The notes under the pieces were generated by a model. It was not told the origin of the DNA. It did not search any database and worked only from the letters and a program-made list of their open reading frames with translations. A DNA stretch of 43,763 nucleotides from Macrostomum lignano (lineage: Eukaryota). Each line of letters starts with the position of its first letter. The first letter of the stretch is position 1. The stretch spans positions 1 to 43,763 of the forward strand of contig NIVC01003742.1 in the NCBI GenBank assembly GCA_002269645.1. The letters are read 5' to 3'. Of this stretch, positions 1 to 10,445 are shown piece by piece. The position numbers were made by a program, and so were the translations under genes.

Positions 1-97
1 ATAATATGTTGATCTATTTTTAAATTAGTATAGTAGTAGCCTAGTTTGGCTATAATAGGAGTAGAATCTGTTTAGAAAACTGATTACTTTGGTGACA

Positions 98-1301
98 ATC
101 AGTTTGATGATAGTCAAGTCAGTTAGTCACTTTGGTTATATCCATTGCAATGACAAGTTAGGTAGGCCTATTTGTCTTTGGGGCCAATTGTATAAACCTA
201 TATATATAGAACTTTTTACATTGCCTAGCTATAGTATGGTGTAGGACCAAGACTGTCACATACCAAGACTTGGTAGAGCTAGAGGGGAAATTTGGCTCAA
301 TGTATTATTAGATAGGCCCTAGTGCTAAAGAAGAAATGAATAGGTAATAGATTATAGAGCCAGCAGGACAAGGCTGTTAGAAAAGAGCCTATGAAAGGAA
401 TAACAATGCTAAAGGATTAGTAGCTCTCTCTCAATACTAGTAGGGCCTAGGCCTAGCCAACAATGGCTGTAGCAGTCTTAATATATGGCAGTCTAAGTCA
501 TGTACCATGGCTGTCTATTATTTAGGCCCTTACAAGTTTGAATTGTTTTATAATAAAATTAATAAATCAATGATAGAGTTTTTATTAATAGTTATCATAT
601 CTTTCTTTTTCTTTAATTTTTAATTTATTAATATTAACTGAGATTTGATTTTAGGTCTTATTTTACACATATTTCAATTTGTTAATTGAGTCCAGATCAT
701 GTTAAATGCATGTCGGAATACTCTAAACCAATGCATGCCAGTGCCAATTAGATACACACCAGTGCTAAACAAAAGGATGCCAAACTAGGCCTAGGCCTAA
801 TATTACAGAAAAAAACATTTTTTATATTAAAAAATGCATTTCAAAAAATTAGGCCTAAGTCTTCAATGTTTTTTAAACTTTTGTAGCATGCAAATGTATA
901 ACATTTCTTTTTGGCACATTAAAATTACTTGTCATTTTGCAATAAAAATAAATATGAATTTATGTCTTTATAATATTATGTCTTTTCACAAACTTTTCTC
1001 AACAAAACATGCCCTACTATCATGCCAGGCTCTATTTATGCCAACTATTGCATACCAACATGCCCTTTTAGTATATAATACCCAAATACACATCAATGCA
1101 CGTTATAATTTTTAGGCCAAACCAAATGTATGCTATAATTTTTTTGGCATGATATATGTTTTTAATTACTTTTAAAAAACAAATAAAAAGGTAATAATGA
1201 TATAATAGATAGATTTTATACATTTTTGGCACCAAAGTAACCTGTCACCAAAATGGATATCACCAAAGTGATTATCACCACTGACTATCATCAAAGTAAT
1301 T
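98..1301. repeat. Degenerate inverted repeat pair (98-146 vs 1252-1301), possibly ends of an old DNA transposon
   Basis: Reverse complement of 98-146 (AATGGATATAACCAAAGTGACTAACTGACTTGACTATCATCAAACTGAT) aligns with 1252-1301 (AATGGATATCACCAAAGTGATTATCACCACTGACTATCATCAAAGTAAT). No TSD found. Confidence 0.4.
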
Positions 1302-1835
1302 ATAATTCTCTGTTTAGACTTTAGATCTTTTCTTCTATCTAAATTATACTTAGGTAAAAATACTCTATAGATAATAAATTCAAGTATAGTCCTAATAAAA
1401 ATGAAGCAGTAAATTATAGGTTATTTTGTGCTAGTCATTCTAGTATACTTTCTAATTCTACATATTAGTTTGGGATTTGGAAGATCCTATAGATATAGTT
1501 TTGTAGAGCCTACTTATTTCTGGCATAAATTTGGTTTAGCAATTAGAAGTAGTATATATATAGCATAATATGTCTAGGTTTACCGCTTTATAAAATTGGC
1601 TAGGCCTGTTTATTAGCATTTTATATTGTCTAGTCTAGGCTTATCTACAAGATATGTATTAATTTTATTTATTAATATAAAAAGCCTTTAAATAATTGGT
1701 TATATATATTGCCTTCTAATCTATGGTAACTGTATAGGTTTTGAATGGTTCTATTTTCCACTATGATATACATGCCCAACACCTGTCCAGCCTGTTTGAA
1801 CTGGATAGGTAAAATGGCCACTGGCCAAGTTAATT

Positions 1836-2015
1836 AAAGACAAAAAAAAATACACAAAAAACAAAAAATGGAGGAAGGAAGAAAGAAAGAAAAAGAAGAG
1901 AAAAGGAAAAGAAAGGAGGGAGAAAAGAGAGAGGGGAAGAAGAGAAAGAAAGCAAAAAAGAAGAAAAGAGAAAAAAAGGCAAGAAAAGTCATATAAAAAG
2001 TGACAATTAATTGCA
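1836..2015. repeat. A/G-rich low-complexity purine tract
   Basis: Almost pure A/G runs; a similar shorter tract lies at about 2800-2880. Confidence 0.7.
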
Positions 2016-2339
2016 ATTGAGGGAACTAAGTCGCAATTGGGAGGAACTAAGTTGCAAATCTAGACAAAAGTAAGTTGCACCAGACAGATGAAATTTTAAG
2101 GTTGGGCATATATGTATTATAATATAGCCATGATGGCTTTTAATGCTAGAAAATAGTCATATTGCAAATCAAAGTTATATTATACTTACAAATATATAGC
2201 CATGATAGGAAGTTATAGATATGGAGGTTTTTTAGCCATGGATACAGATATGGATATGGTTATAATAGGAATATATATGGTTATGTAGGAACATTTCCCA
2301 TATCTAGTTTCTATATCTAATAATACCACTCAATTAAGA

Positions 2340-2720
2340 TTTGAAAAACCATTAGAACTATTGATTTGATGAGGGTAGGGTTAGGGTAGTAGAAATATAT
2401 GAATATTGCTAGTTTCAAAATAAGAGGAACTTTTAACTCCCTAAAATTTAGGGCTCAAGCATCAATATAGATCTTCAATACCATGTCTATGTTATAGTTT
2501 GGTGGTAAGGGCTAAGGTTAAGATAATTGTTTTATCACTTTTAAAAAGCTCCCAAGTCCTTAACATAGATTTGGGGACTTAAGCAAGAGTTTCAATGCCA
2601 TATGCTTGCTATGGTTAGGTGGTAAGGGCTAATGATAAGATGAATATTTTTACTTTTGACTTAAAAAAATCTCTTTAAATCCCTAGAATCTTGGAAACTA
2701 ATTAATGAGTAGGCCCTCAC
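2340..2720. repeat. Degenerate tandem repeat of about 120 bp (about 3 copies)
   Basis: GGTGGTAAGGGCTAA recurs at about 2499 and 2618 with similar flanks; a weaker copy lies near 2372. Confidence 0.35.
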
Positions 2721-3408
2721 AGAAGATCTTGCGTGATAACAAATAAAGATTTTGTTACTTTAATTATTTAATATATCAAATAGTAATAGAAAATAGAAAA
2801 GATATGTCAAGAGAAAGGGAAAAAAAAGGAGAAAAAAGAGAAAAATAAAGAAGAGAAAGAGAAAATAGAAAAGAAGGCAAATAAACAAATCTCATTGTTT
2901 TCCCTTTGGCCTAGCAGTCTTTGCAGCTTTAGTAGCAAAACTAAATGTAGCAGCTTAGACAGAAGGCCTCTACCAGATGGTGTGGCCAGCTAGTCAAAGT
3001 TTTTACCCACATAGCAGATCAAAAGGCTGCATTAGATATGTGCCCTTGTGTAGAATTTAGCATTGGTCTTGCTGCTTGGACTGTTATGCACTTAATGCCA
3101 CAAATAGCATAGCCATAAGTATAGTGCTCAGTTGCCTGTTCAAGGCATCCATCAAGGTCTAAGTCTTAGCATTATGCAATTTAGTTATAATAAGTTTACT
3201 AGCTAGTATCTTGGCTTAAAATACTGTAAGCTCTCTCTCTCTGTCAGGATAGCTGAGAATTGGTATCTTAGCCGGCCCCAGCTAGACAGAAGCAGCAGTC
3301 AGCACCCAGGTCCACACTAAAGGCACATCCATCATGACCGAGAATGCACTCAGGCTAAATGCCTGCAACTACCGTCACCTGGTAAACGATTGGTGGGAGT
3401 CCTTGCTG

Positions 3409-3798
3409 TTATACTGTCAGAGTCGCACATGCTGAAGACTCTAGATGTGGGCCGTTGATGCCGACTGGAGTGCTGACTGGTAGCTGAAGCTGCGCGTTGA
3501 TGCCAAGGGCTTGTAGCTTTGCAGCAGACACAAGCGTCACCTGCACTCCAGTGTCGAACAGCCACCTACACAACTGGCCGGCAATGCTGCTAGGGAGAAA
3601 AATAGAGGCAGGTTGGGCCTTGATGAGTAGGGCTGGTGATGGCCCACGGTCACCAGTCCTCAGCAGTTTTCTAAAGCCGGAGTTGGATAGGCCTTGGCAT
3701 GGCGCCCTCTGCCCAAGCAGCAGTAGCAGGTGATCTGGGGCGCTGAAGCAGATTGTCAGCTTGGGCATTGGGCAGCAAAGTGGCCAGGCATTGAGCAA
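3409..3798 (-). pseudogene. Retrotransposon aspartic protease fragment
   Basis: SIAGQLCRWLFDTGVQVTLVS contains the D-T-G retropepsin active-site motif. Confidence 0.7.
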
Positions 3799-3845
3799 TT
3801 AAAGCATTTGCCGTGGCCACCTCTTCCTTAAGCGCTGTCCCTGCT

Positions 3846-4534
3846 TCAACTGCCACCTCTTCCTTGAGCGCTGCCCCTGCTTCGACTGCCGCCTCTTCCT
3901 CTGCCCTGTTTTCCGCTGCACATACCAATAGCGGCAACCATGGCAGGCAGCTTTGTCAGCTGCTCCTGCATCCGGCCCAGCTGATCTGCCATTGGGTTGC
4001 TTACTGTGGTTGCCTCTACGCTCGCCATTGCTCCCCTGTTGCCATTGATGCTCTCCAATGTTGTGGCATGGTCAGCCACCATTTCAGGACTGATAGTGTT
4101 GCAGTAAGATTGCTTCAGCAGCGATTCCCTGATGTCCTTGGGCAACAATGCCAGTAGCCAGTGACGCACCTCGCAGTCTCTCACTTGCTGGCTGTGGTCT
4201 AGGCATGCCTACAGTAGCTTCAGTGCAAAATCCCATTTTCTAGTTTTGAAGTCAGTCATGGTGCAGAAAGTGTTGTCCTTACTGCCGTAGAAGACAATCA
4301 GCGCCTACTTGATGCTTTTGTAGCTTGCTTTCTTCGCCTCTTCAAGCTCCCATACAAACACCAGCACCTCTCCCGTCAAAAGCAGCTTAATCTTAGATGC
4401 ACTTTTGCTGTCATTCCACTCAGAATTATTGGCAAAATCTTCAAACATCTGCAGCCACATATGGATGTTTGAATCTGCAGAGCCAGAGAACTTAGGAGCA
4501 TAGGAGGTAAGAGTGTGCTGAGTTGCTTGTCCAT
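3846..4534 (-). pseudogene. Degenerate gag
   Basis: ATG at 4534 (MDKQLSTLLPP), frameshift into PKFSGS...HMWLQMFEDFANNSEW, in-frame stop near 4305, then VRHWLLALLPKDIRESLLKQ. Confidence 0.6.
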
Positions 4535-4571
4535 GATTTAGCAAATCTGAGCTGACTGACTGAATGAGTCA

Positions 4572-4583
4572 CTGCTGCCACCA
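4572..4583 (-). promoter_or_regulatory. Primer-binding site TGGTGGCAGCAG
   Basis: TGG-initiated PBS 1 nt after the LTR end, as in LTR retrotransposons. Confidence 0.65.
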
Positions 4584-4584
4584 A

Positions 4585-4753
4585 TGTAAGGCAGGTATGT
4601 GCTAGAACAAAACAGTCTTGTAAACTGCTAAGATGCGCAGGGTTGACTATATATATTTGGGAGTCACACAAGACAGCAACAACCCCCCTCATATAACCAA
4701 TAAGATGTACATTAAGATGTACACTCATTTAGGCAAGCAGTGTACACTTGACA
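4585..4753 (-). repeat. 5' LTR (169 bp) of the Gypsy remnant
   Basis: Starts TGTCAA and ends CTTACA on the minus strand, immediately followed by the PBS. Confidence 0.7.
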
Positions 4754-5815
4754 ATACTATATAAGTTTTTATACCATTTTGAATAATTTTGGTATATTGA
4801 ACATTTAATATATAAATTTTTATATTTTAGACTTATTAGTGACATTTGTCTTGACCTTAAAGTTCCATTGTAATCAAAATTTTCCCATATCTATCCATAT
4901 TGTAGCAAAATTTTACTTTATTTGTAAGGCTCATACTAGGCTAATTATAAGCTTAAGAGTATTGAAAACATATCTTGAACCTTAATAACCAGCATGCAAA
5001 ATTACAATGGAATGCAAAATTGCATTTTGAGAGATGTAATTTACCTATTAACACATAATGTCATATAGATATTTTATTGCCTTTCCCATTGTCTAAAAAT
5101 TGTAGAAAATTACCAAGAATAATCTAAAAATATTATTTGGGAAATATTAATTCTAACCAATTTTATTTTTAATGATTCTAAGATATCAGCTAGGTAAATT
5201 TATCAGGTTATCTGTGCTAATATGATATCAAAAAAATCTATGTCAGGGGGGGTCCTTAACCTATGGCCTATATGCCACTTCAGTGTGGCATATACTTTCT
5301 CTTCAATGTTGCCTATGAGCCATTTTTAGTCTAGGTGATTGTTGATATAATGACATTCAAGCTTGGGAAGGACTCTATTGTAGTAAATTGAAGGTGGATT
5401 TTTTATTTTTTTTAATGCACTTTGTGTAGCCTGCATATCTTGAGCTAATGTCTAATATGGCTTGCTGCCAACAGTGGGTTGGGAACCCCCCCCCCTGTCT
5501 TACAACTGTCAATTACAATATGGAGTTTTAATTGTCATAATTTCAAAAAACTATTATTTCTAGATTTCCTAATCCTCACTGTTCCTAAAATATTTTCATG
5601 CCTACTACTGTCAAGCAGCAATGCTCAATCAGGTTGGCATAGCAACAGTTGCTAAGGCAAAGCATTTATTAATTTTGGTGGCATCTGCTGGACTAAAGTT
5701 AGCTAAATTTGGTGGCAATGCATCTAGACCAGCATTGTTAATGCAGTTCAATCCTGCTAACAAATTTGCCTGTTTATTGGCCAGACTGCACCTGCGCTTT
5801 GTTTGGCACTGTCAG

Positions 5816-8076
5816 ATGCTGTGGCGCTATGCTATTGGTAGGCGCGATCAGTATCTGATGCCTGATCAGCTTAGTGTTGTGTACGAATCTGACAACTTTA
5901 TTGTTATTAATAAGGAATTTGATTTGTCTGTTAATACCGCTTCGCGTTGGTTTAATCCATTGGCGCTTAATACACAGGTAAGGCTGAGTGCAAATATTGG
6001 ATTTAAGATTCAACTTTTAAGTGATTTTAAAACGCAAAATATCCCATTAGACTACTTATGTTTCTGTAGTTAAATAGTTCTTTTTTGTCTAGTGGTTAGT
6101 GTTGGACTCACAACTGAAAGGTTGGGGGTTCGATGCCCCGATCACATCTGGAACATTTTCTGTCCCTACAAGACACTTAACTAGCTGCATTGATTCAGTT
6201 CACCTGAAAAATGGGTGCCACTGCCAGCATTAGCTGGGGTAATTGAGGGTGTGTGTGGACCTCCCAGTCCTTGGACTGAACAGTCGTACGCAGCCTTAAG
6301 ATGCGCCGCGCAATAGCTGCGGCTGAGCTGTCGGTTGCATATCTTGCCCATTAGGAAAGGTGGAATTTATATCGTATTATTATGAATTACTTGCTACTAT
6401 CAGTAGAATTTAAGGATATGAGTCTATTTACCCCACATACTTAAATTTCAGTTTTTCAAAAACGTATCTACATCAAAGATTGTCAAATTTTTTACCTTAA
6501 TGACCAGATAGAGAACCTAAAGCATCACTTTAGGAGAGAGGAGAGAGGAGAGAGAGAAGAGAGGCGAGATTAGACAATTGAGAGAAGAGAGAGTAGGAAA
6601 GAGGAAAGGAGAGGAGAGAGTAGAGGAAGGTAGAGGAGAGGAGAGAAAAGAGGGGAGGGAGAGAAGAGAGGAGAGATTAGAGAATCAAGAGAAGAAGAGA
6701 GGAGTGAGGACATGAGAGAGAGAAAAGAGAAGAGAGGAGATTAGAGAAATGAGCGCTGAGAAGAGATTAACATGGAGCCGGTTGGGTTGCTAATTGTGAA
6801 ATCACGAGGGCCAGATAAAGAGAAGCTTTGCGGGCCGGAGTTTGCCGAGCCCTGCGCCTACATACCTACATAGTTCGATAAATTTTATTATCCCCGGCAA
6901 CATTGTAGGTCTTCCTAGCTAAGCACCATCGCGCAGATCCCACCGCCTATCACTGGTACAGATTCTGTCACCAGATCGATCACGCCACTAGCGGTTTAAT
7001 CCTGCTAGCCTACAGTCAAGACGCCGCTATGCGAGCTTCTAAAGCTTTTTTAAATCGTCGCGTTTTAAAACAATATTTGGCTATTGTTTGGGGTCATTTT
7101 GACACTAGAGATCACGTGACTGTTGACCGGCCAATCGGCTGGGATCGCTTAGACATTGCCGGTAGTGGAGATCTGCGCAAACACATGGTCACAGAGACGC
7201 ACTATCGTTGTTTGGATCCGAAACCTGCGTTTAGCCAAGTTGTGCCGTTAGAACGAGGCCTGTACAATGGCTTGCCCGCTACTAAAGTGCTACTGTTGTT
7301 GAAGCATGGCAGGACACATCAGCTGCGAGTGCACACGAGTTGCATTGGTTGGTTAACAAAACTTATTGTTCTTGTTGAAATCGCTTGCTTAGCAATTTAC
7401 CGGAGGTTGAGATGTCCATTGAAACACTGCAATGAGACAGTGAGATGTCTGCTCAAAGACTGCAATGAGAGACAGTGAGATGTCTGCTCAAAGACTGCAA
7501 TGAGAGACAGTGAGATGTCTGCTCAAAGACTGCAATGAGAGACAGTGAGATGTCTGCTCAAAGACTGCAATGAAACAGTGAGGTGTCTGCTCAAAGACTG
7601 CAATGAGAGACAGTGAGATGTCTGCTCGAAGACATTAGATAGTGGGAGAGATGTCTGTTCAAAGACATTAGATAGTGGGAGAGATGTCTGCTCGAAGACA
7701 TTAGATAGTGGGAGAGATGTCTGCTCGAAGACATTAGATAGTGGGCTCAAAGACATTAGATAGTGGGAGACATGTCTGCTCAAAGACTGCAATGAAAAGC
7801 GTTGAAACTCCCGCAGGCCATCCAATAGTCGGCGACGTGAAATACAGCCGACGCGAGGCCGACTTTCGCTGCCACCGCATGATGCTTCATGCCTACCGAC
7901 TGCAGGCTCGATTGCCTCGTCTCAGCGAAACCATCGACTGTCTAGCTGAGGACCCGTTCGTGCCCGAATCCGATGCCAATTGGCAACCGGAGTCTGTGCA
8001 GAACGACTACGCTGTGTTTAAAGATTGCGCCCGGATATTAGAGAGTGGCGAACAACTCACTGTTGATAAGCTGTAG
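5816..8076 (+). CDS. RPUSD1: RluA-family RNA pseudouridine synthase (RPUSD1-like), join(5816..5977,6909..7347,7817..8076), about 286 aa
   Basis: GT-AG introns join in frame. Motifs VVYESDNFIVINK, FCHQIDHATSG (catalytic Asp), KQYLAIVWGH, GRTHQLRVH and IGHPIVGD..Y, plus MMLHAYRL. Start codon is the least certain part. Confidence 0.88.
6085..6385 (+). mobile_element. tRNA(Val)-derived SINE-like element with CORE-like central domain, in RPUSD1 intron 1
   Basis: Box A TAGTGGTTAG, CTCACA anticodon-like loop, GAAAGGT and box B GGTTCGATGCC. These are followed by CAAGACACTTAAC...TTCAGTTCACCTGAAAAATGGG, resembling the MIR/CORE motif, and an AT-rich end. Confidence 0.55.
6473..6854 (-). mobile_element. 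hAT (Charlie-like) MITE carrying an internal GA/CT tract, copy 1
   Basis: The minus-strand end CAGGGCTCGGCAAACT...GGCCCTCGTG...TTCACAAT matches 25770-25850. TTTTTACCT..AGATAGAGAACC (about 6488-6518) matches the reverse complement of about 26280-26308. Purine tract at 6530-6760. Confidence 0.6.
7405..7792 (+). repeat. Compound minisatellite (35-bp then 33-bp units) in RPUSD1 intron 2
   Basis: GAGATGTCTGCTCAAAGACTGCAATGAGAGACAGT x about 6, then GAGATGTCTGCTCGAAGACATTAGATAGTGGGA x about 4-5, ending with a return to the first type. Confidence 0.9.
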
Positions 8077-8359
8077 CAAGAGTGATCGTCTATCAAGTTA
8101 GATAGTTGGACATTTTATTGTTGTGTCTATGATGTGACCACCTACTTCAAGTAGAATCTAGATTATATAAAAAATATGCATTTTTCTGTCTAGCTAAATT
8201 CGTTTTAGCTGTATCTAAGTGTGCAGAAATGGAATTTGGATTATGATTGCTGTGCTGACTTGTTGATTCTGCTACAAATCAGAATGTACCATTTGAAATA
8301 GATAATCTTTTGTTTTTATATTTGTCAGTTAAGAAACTTAGCCGACTAAAAATTAGTCT

Positions 8360-8905
8360 GTCGCCCTCCCAGACCCTCAATTTCTGGGCCAACAGCCTCC
8401 CAGATCCTCAGTTGCTGTGTGCCACCCTCCAAGATCCTCAGTTGCTGGGCCAGCCTTCCAGATCCTCAGTTGCTGGGCCAGCCTTCCAGATCCTCAGTTG
8501 CTGGGCCAACAGCCTCCCAGATCCTCAGTTGCTGGGTCACCAGCCTTCCAGATCCTCAGTTGCTGTGTGCCACCCTCCAAGATCCTCAGTTGCTGGGCCA
8601 GCCTCCCAGCTCCTCAGTTGCTGGGCCAGCCTTCCAGATCCTCAGTTGCTGGGCCAGCCTTCCAGATCCTCAGTTGCTGAGCCAGCCTTCCAGATCCTCA
8701 GTTGCTGGGCCAGCCTCCCAGATCCTCAGTTGCTGTCCAGGCCTCCCAGATCCTCAGTTGCTGTTCAGGCCTCCCAGATCCTCAGTTGCTGTCCAGGCCT
8801 CCCAGATCCTCAGTTGCTGTCCAGGCCTCCCATATCCTCAGTTGCTGTGTGCCACCCTCCAAGATTCTCTGTTTCTGGGCCAGCCTTTCAGATCCCCAAA
8901 AATCA
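8360..8905 (+). repeat. Minisatellite of about 28-31 bp, CAGATCCTCAGTTGCT family, array 1
   Basis: Tandem CCAGATCCTCAGTTGCTGGGCCAGCCT(C/T) units between RPUSD1 and SSBP1. Confidence 0.92.
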
Positions 8906-9033
8906 GTAGCTTCCCTAATACCTCTATTAGAACATGCAGTTACTTTTGCCAAATTGGTGAATGCTAGCGAATGCTGTAGATAGAATCTGATGATCAAACA
9001 TTTTCATTCATGCAAGCAATCGAGCAGTGAACA

Positions 9034-9672
9034 ATGCTCCTATCGCCGCTATCCGCAGCTGTCAATCAGCTATCCCGTCGCGTAGGCGGCCAATCTGTTG
9101 TTTCCATGGCAACAGCTGTTCGCCGCCTCTGCAGCGGTTCGAATTCGGCCGCTGAGCAGCCAGAAGACCCAAGCTCGATTCCCGAGTCCAAGCAGAGCCC
9201 GTCTTCAAAAAAGTTTCGCTACAGCTTTCTTGGCGGCGATCACAACGAGATCTCCTTAGTTGGCACCGTTACCAAGGTGACAGAGAAAGAGCGAAATAAA
9301 AGTACAGGGGCTGAGCCCTACTGCGTACTGAGCGTTGCAACGCTGCACCGTTACAAGGATCGCAATGGCCGATTCCACGCCATCAATAGCCATCATCGAG
9401 TGTCTTCCTTCAACTCAAATATTATTAGAATTGCCAGACTCACTAATCCAGGCGACAGAATCTTTGTGGTCGGCAGGTTGGAGTATTTCTTTGTTAATCA
9501 ACAACGCGTGGCCACTCTGACTCCAACTAGAATGGTGCCGATGCTGCCGAAGACGCTGAATCGAGCCCCGGACCTACTGTCGGCTAATGATTTGTCTCCG
9601 ACTGATCAAGAGGATGAAGATGGCTACGAGTATCAGTTTGATGCCGAGCATAAGGCTGAGTCTGCCGTTTGA
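9034..9672 (+). CDS. SSBP1: Mitochondrial single-stranded DNA-binding protein (SSB OB fold), single exon, 212 aa
   Basis: Arg/Ser-rich presequence-like N-terminus. SSB pattern NEISLVGTV...SVAT...HHRVSSF...PGDRIFVVGRLEY. Divergent. Confidence 0.75.
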   Translation: MLLSPLSAAVNQLSRRVGGQSVVSMATAVRRLCSGSNSAAEQPEDPSSIPESKQSPSSKKFRYSFLGGDHNEISLVGTVTKVTEKERNKSTGAEPYCVLSVATLHRYKDRNGRFHAINSHHRVSSFNSNIIRIARLTNPGDRIFVVGRLEYFFVNQQRVATLTPTRMVPMLPKTLNRAPDLLSANDLSPTDQEDEDGYEYQFDAEHKAESAV

Positions 9673-9786
9673 TAATTGGTTATTTTGTTATGCGCTGATT
9701 GCTGGAACTATATTTTAGGATTAAAAATATTTATGGCTATTGGAGGTTTCTTAAGTGCCATTTACAAAATTTTGTCAAGTTTTTGC

Positions 9787-10445
9787 GCTGTAAACAGTTA
9801 CTGTTATGCTGTCATAGAGAGTAAAGCTGTACAGTAATGCTGTAAACAGTTACTGTATTGCTGTCATAGACAGTATGGCTGTGCAGTAATGCTGTAAACA
9901 GTTACTGTATTGCTGTCATAGAGAGTAAAGCTGTACAGTAATGCTGTAAACAGTTACTGTATTGCTGTCATAGAGAGTAAAGCTGTACAGTAATGCTGTA
10001 AACAGTTACTGTATTGCTGTCATAGACAGTATGGCTGTGCAGTAATGCTGTAAACAGTTACTGTATTGCTGTCATAGAGAGTAAAGCTGTACAGTAATGC
10101 TGTAAACAGTTACTGTATTGCTGTCATAGAGAGTAAAGCTGTACAGTAATGCTGTAAACAGTTACTGTATTGCTGTCATAGAGAGTAAAGCTGTACAGTA
10201 ATGCTGTAAACAGTTACTGTATTGCTGTCATAGAGAGTAAAGCTGTACAGTAATGCTGTAAACAGTTACTGTATTGCTGTCATAGAGAGTAAAGCTGTAC
10301 AGTAATGCTGTAAACAGTTACTGTATTGCTGTCATAGACAGTAAAGCTGTACAGTAATGCTGTAAACAGTTACTGTATTGCTGTCATAGACAGTAAAGCT
10401 GTACAGTAATGCTGTAAACAGTACTGTATTGCTGTCATTGGCTGT
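9787..10445 (+). repeat. 52-bp tandem repeat (about 12.5 copies)
   Basis: GCTGTAAACAGTTACTGTATTGCTGTCATAGAGAGTAAAGCTGTACAGTAAT; period measured 9841 to 9893. Confidence 0.95.

Larger units (their letters stand above)
3225..4753 (-). mobile_element. Internally deleted Gypsy/Ty3-type LTR retrotransposon remnant (5' LTR, PBS, degenerate gag, aspartic protease)
   Basis: On the minus strand: TGT...TACA LTR (4753-4585), then TGGTGGCAGCAG PBS, a gag-like frame (PKFSGSADSNIHMWLQMFEDFA...W) with frameshift/stop, and a retropepsin motif (LFDTGVQVTLVS). ATAC flanks both ends (3221-3224, 4754-4757). No RT, RNase H or integrase recognised. Confidence 0.8.

Noticed and set aside
2372-2390. Telomere-like GGGTAGGGTTAGGGTAG
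   Set aside because: Only one TTAGGG is present; it is part of a degenerate repeat of about 120 bp.
5243-5500. CAGGGGGGG ... CCCCCCCCCTG as MITE termini
   Set aside because: The match is only a homopolymer run, with no convincing TIR body or TSD.
6090-6145. Functional tRNA-Val gene
   Set aside because: It has no acceptor stem, the anticodon and T stems are mismatched, and there is no poly-T terminator; it is better explained as a SINE head.
8310-8983. ORFs with DPQLL / PRSSVA / QILSC repeats (also 14649-15676 and 32937-33433)
   Set aside because: These are translations of the CAGATCCTCAGTTGCT minisatellite in all frames; the only real coding part of ORF 33026-34051 starts at 33434.
9787-10445. 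CRISPR-like appearance of regular arrays (also 34935-35728 and 23085-23444)
   Set aside because: Units are head-to-tail with no unique spacers, there are no cas genes, and the context is eukaryotic.
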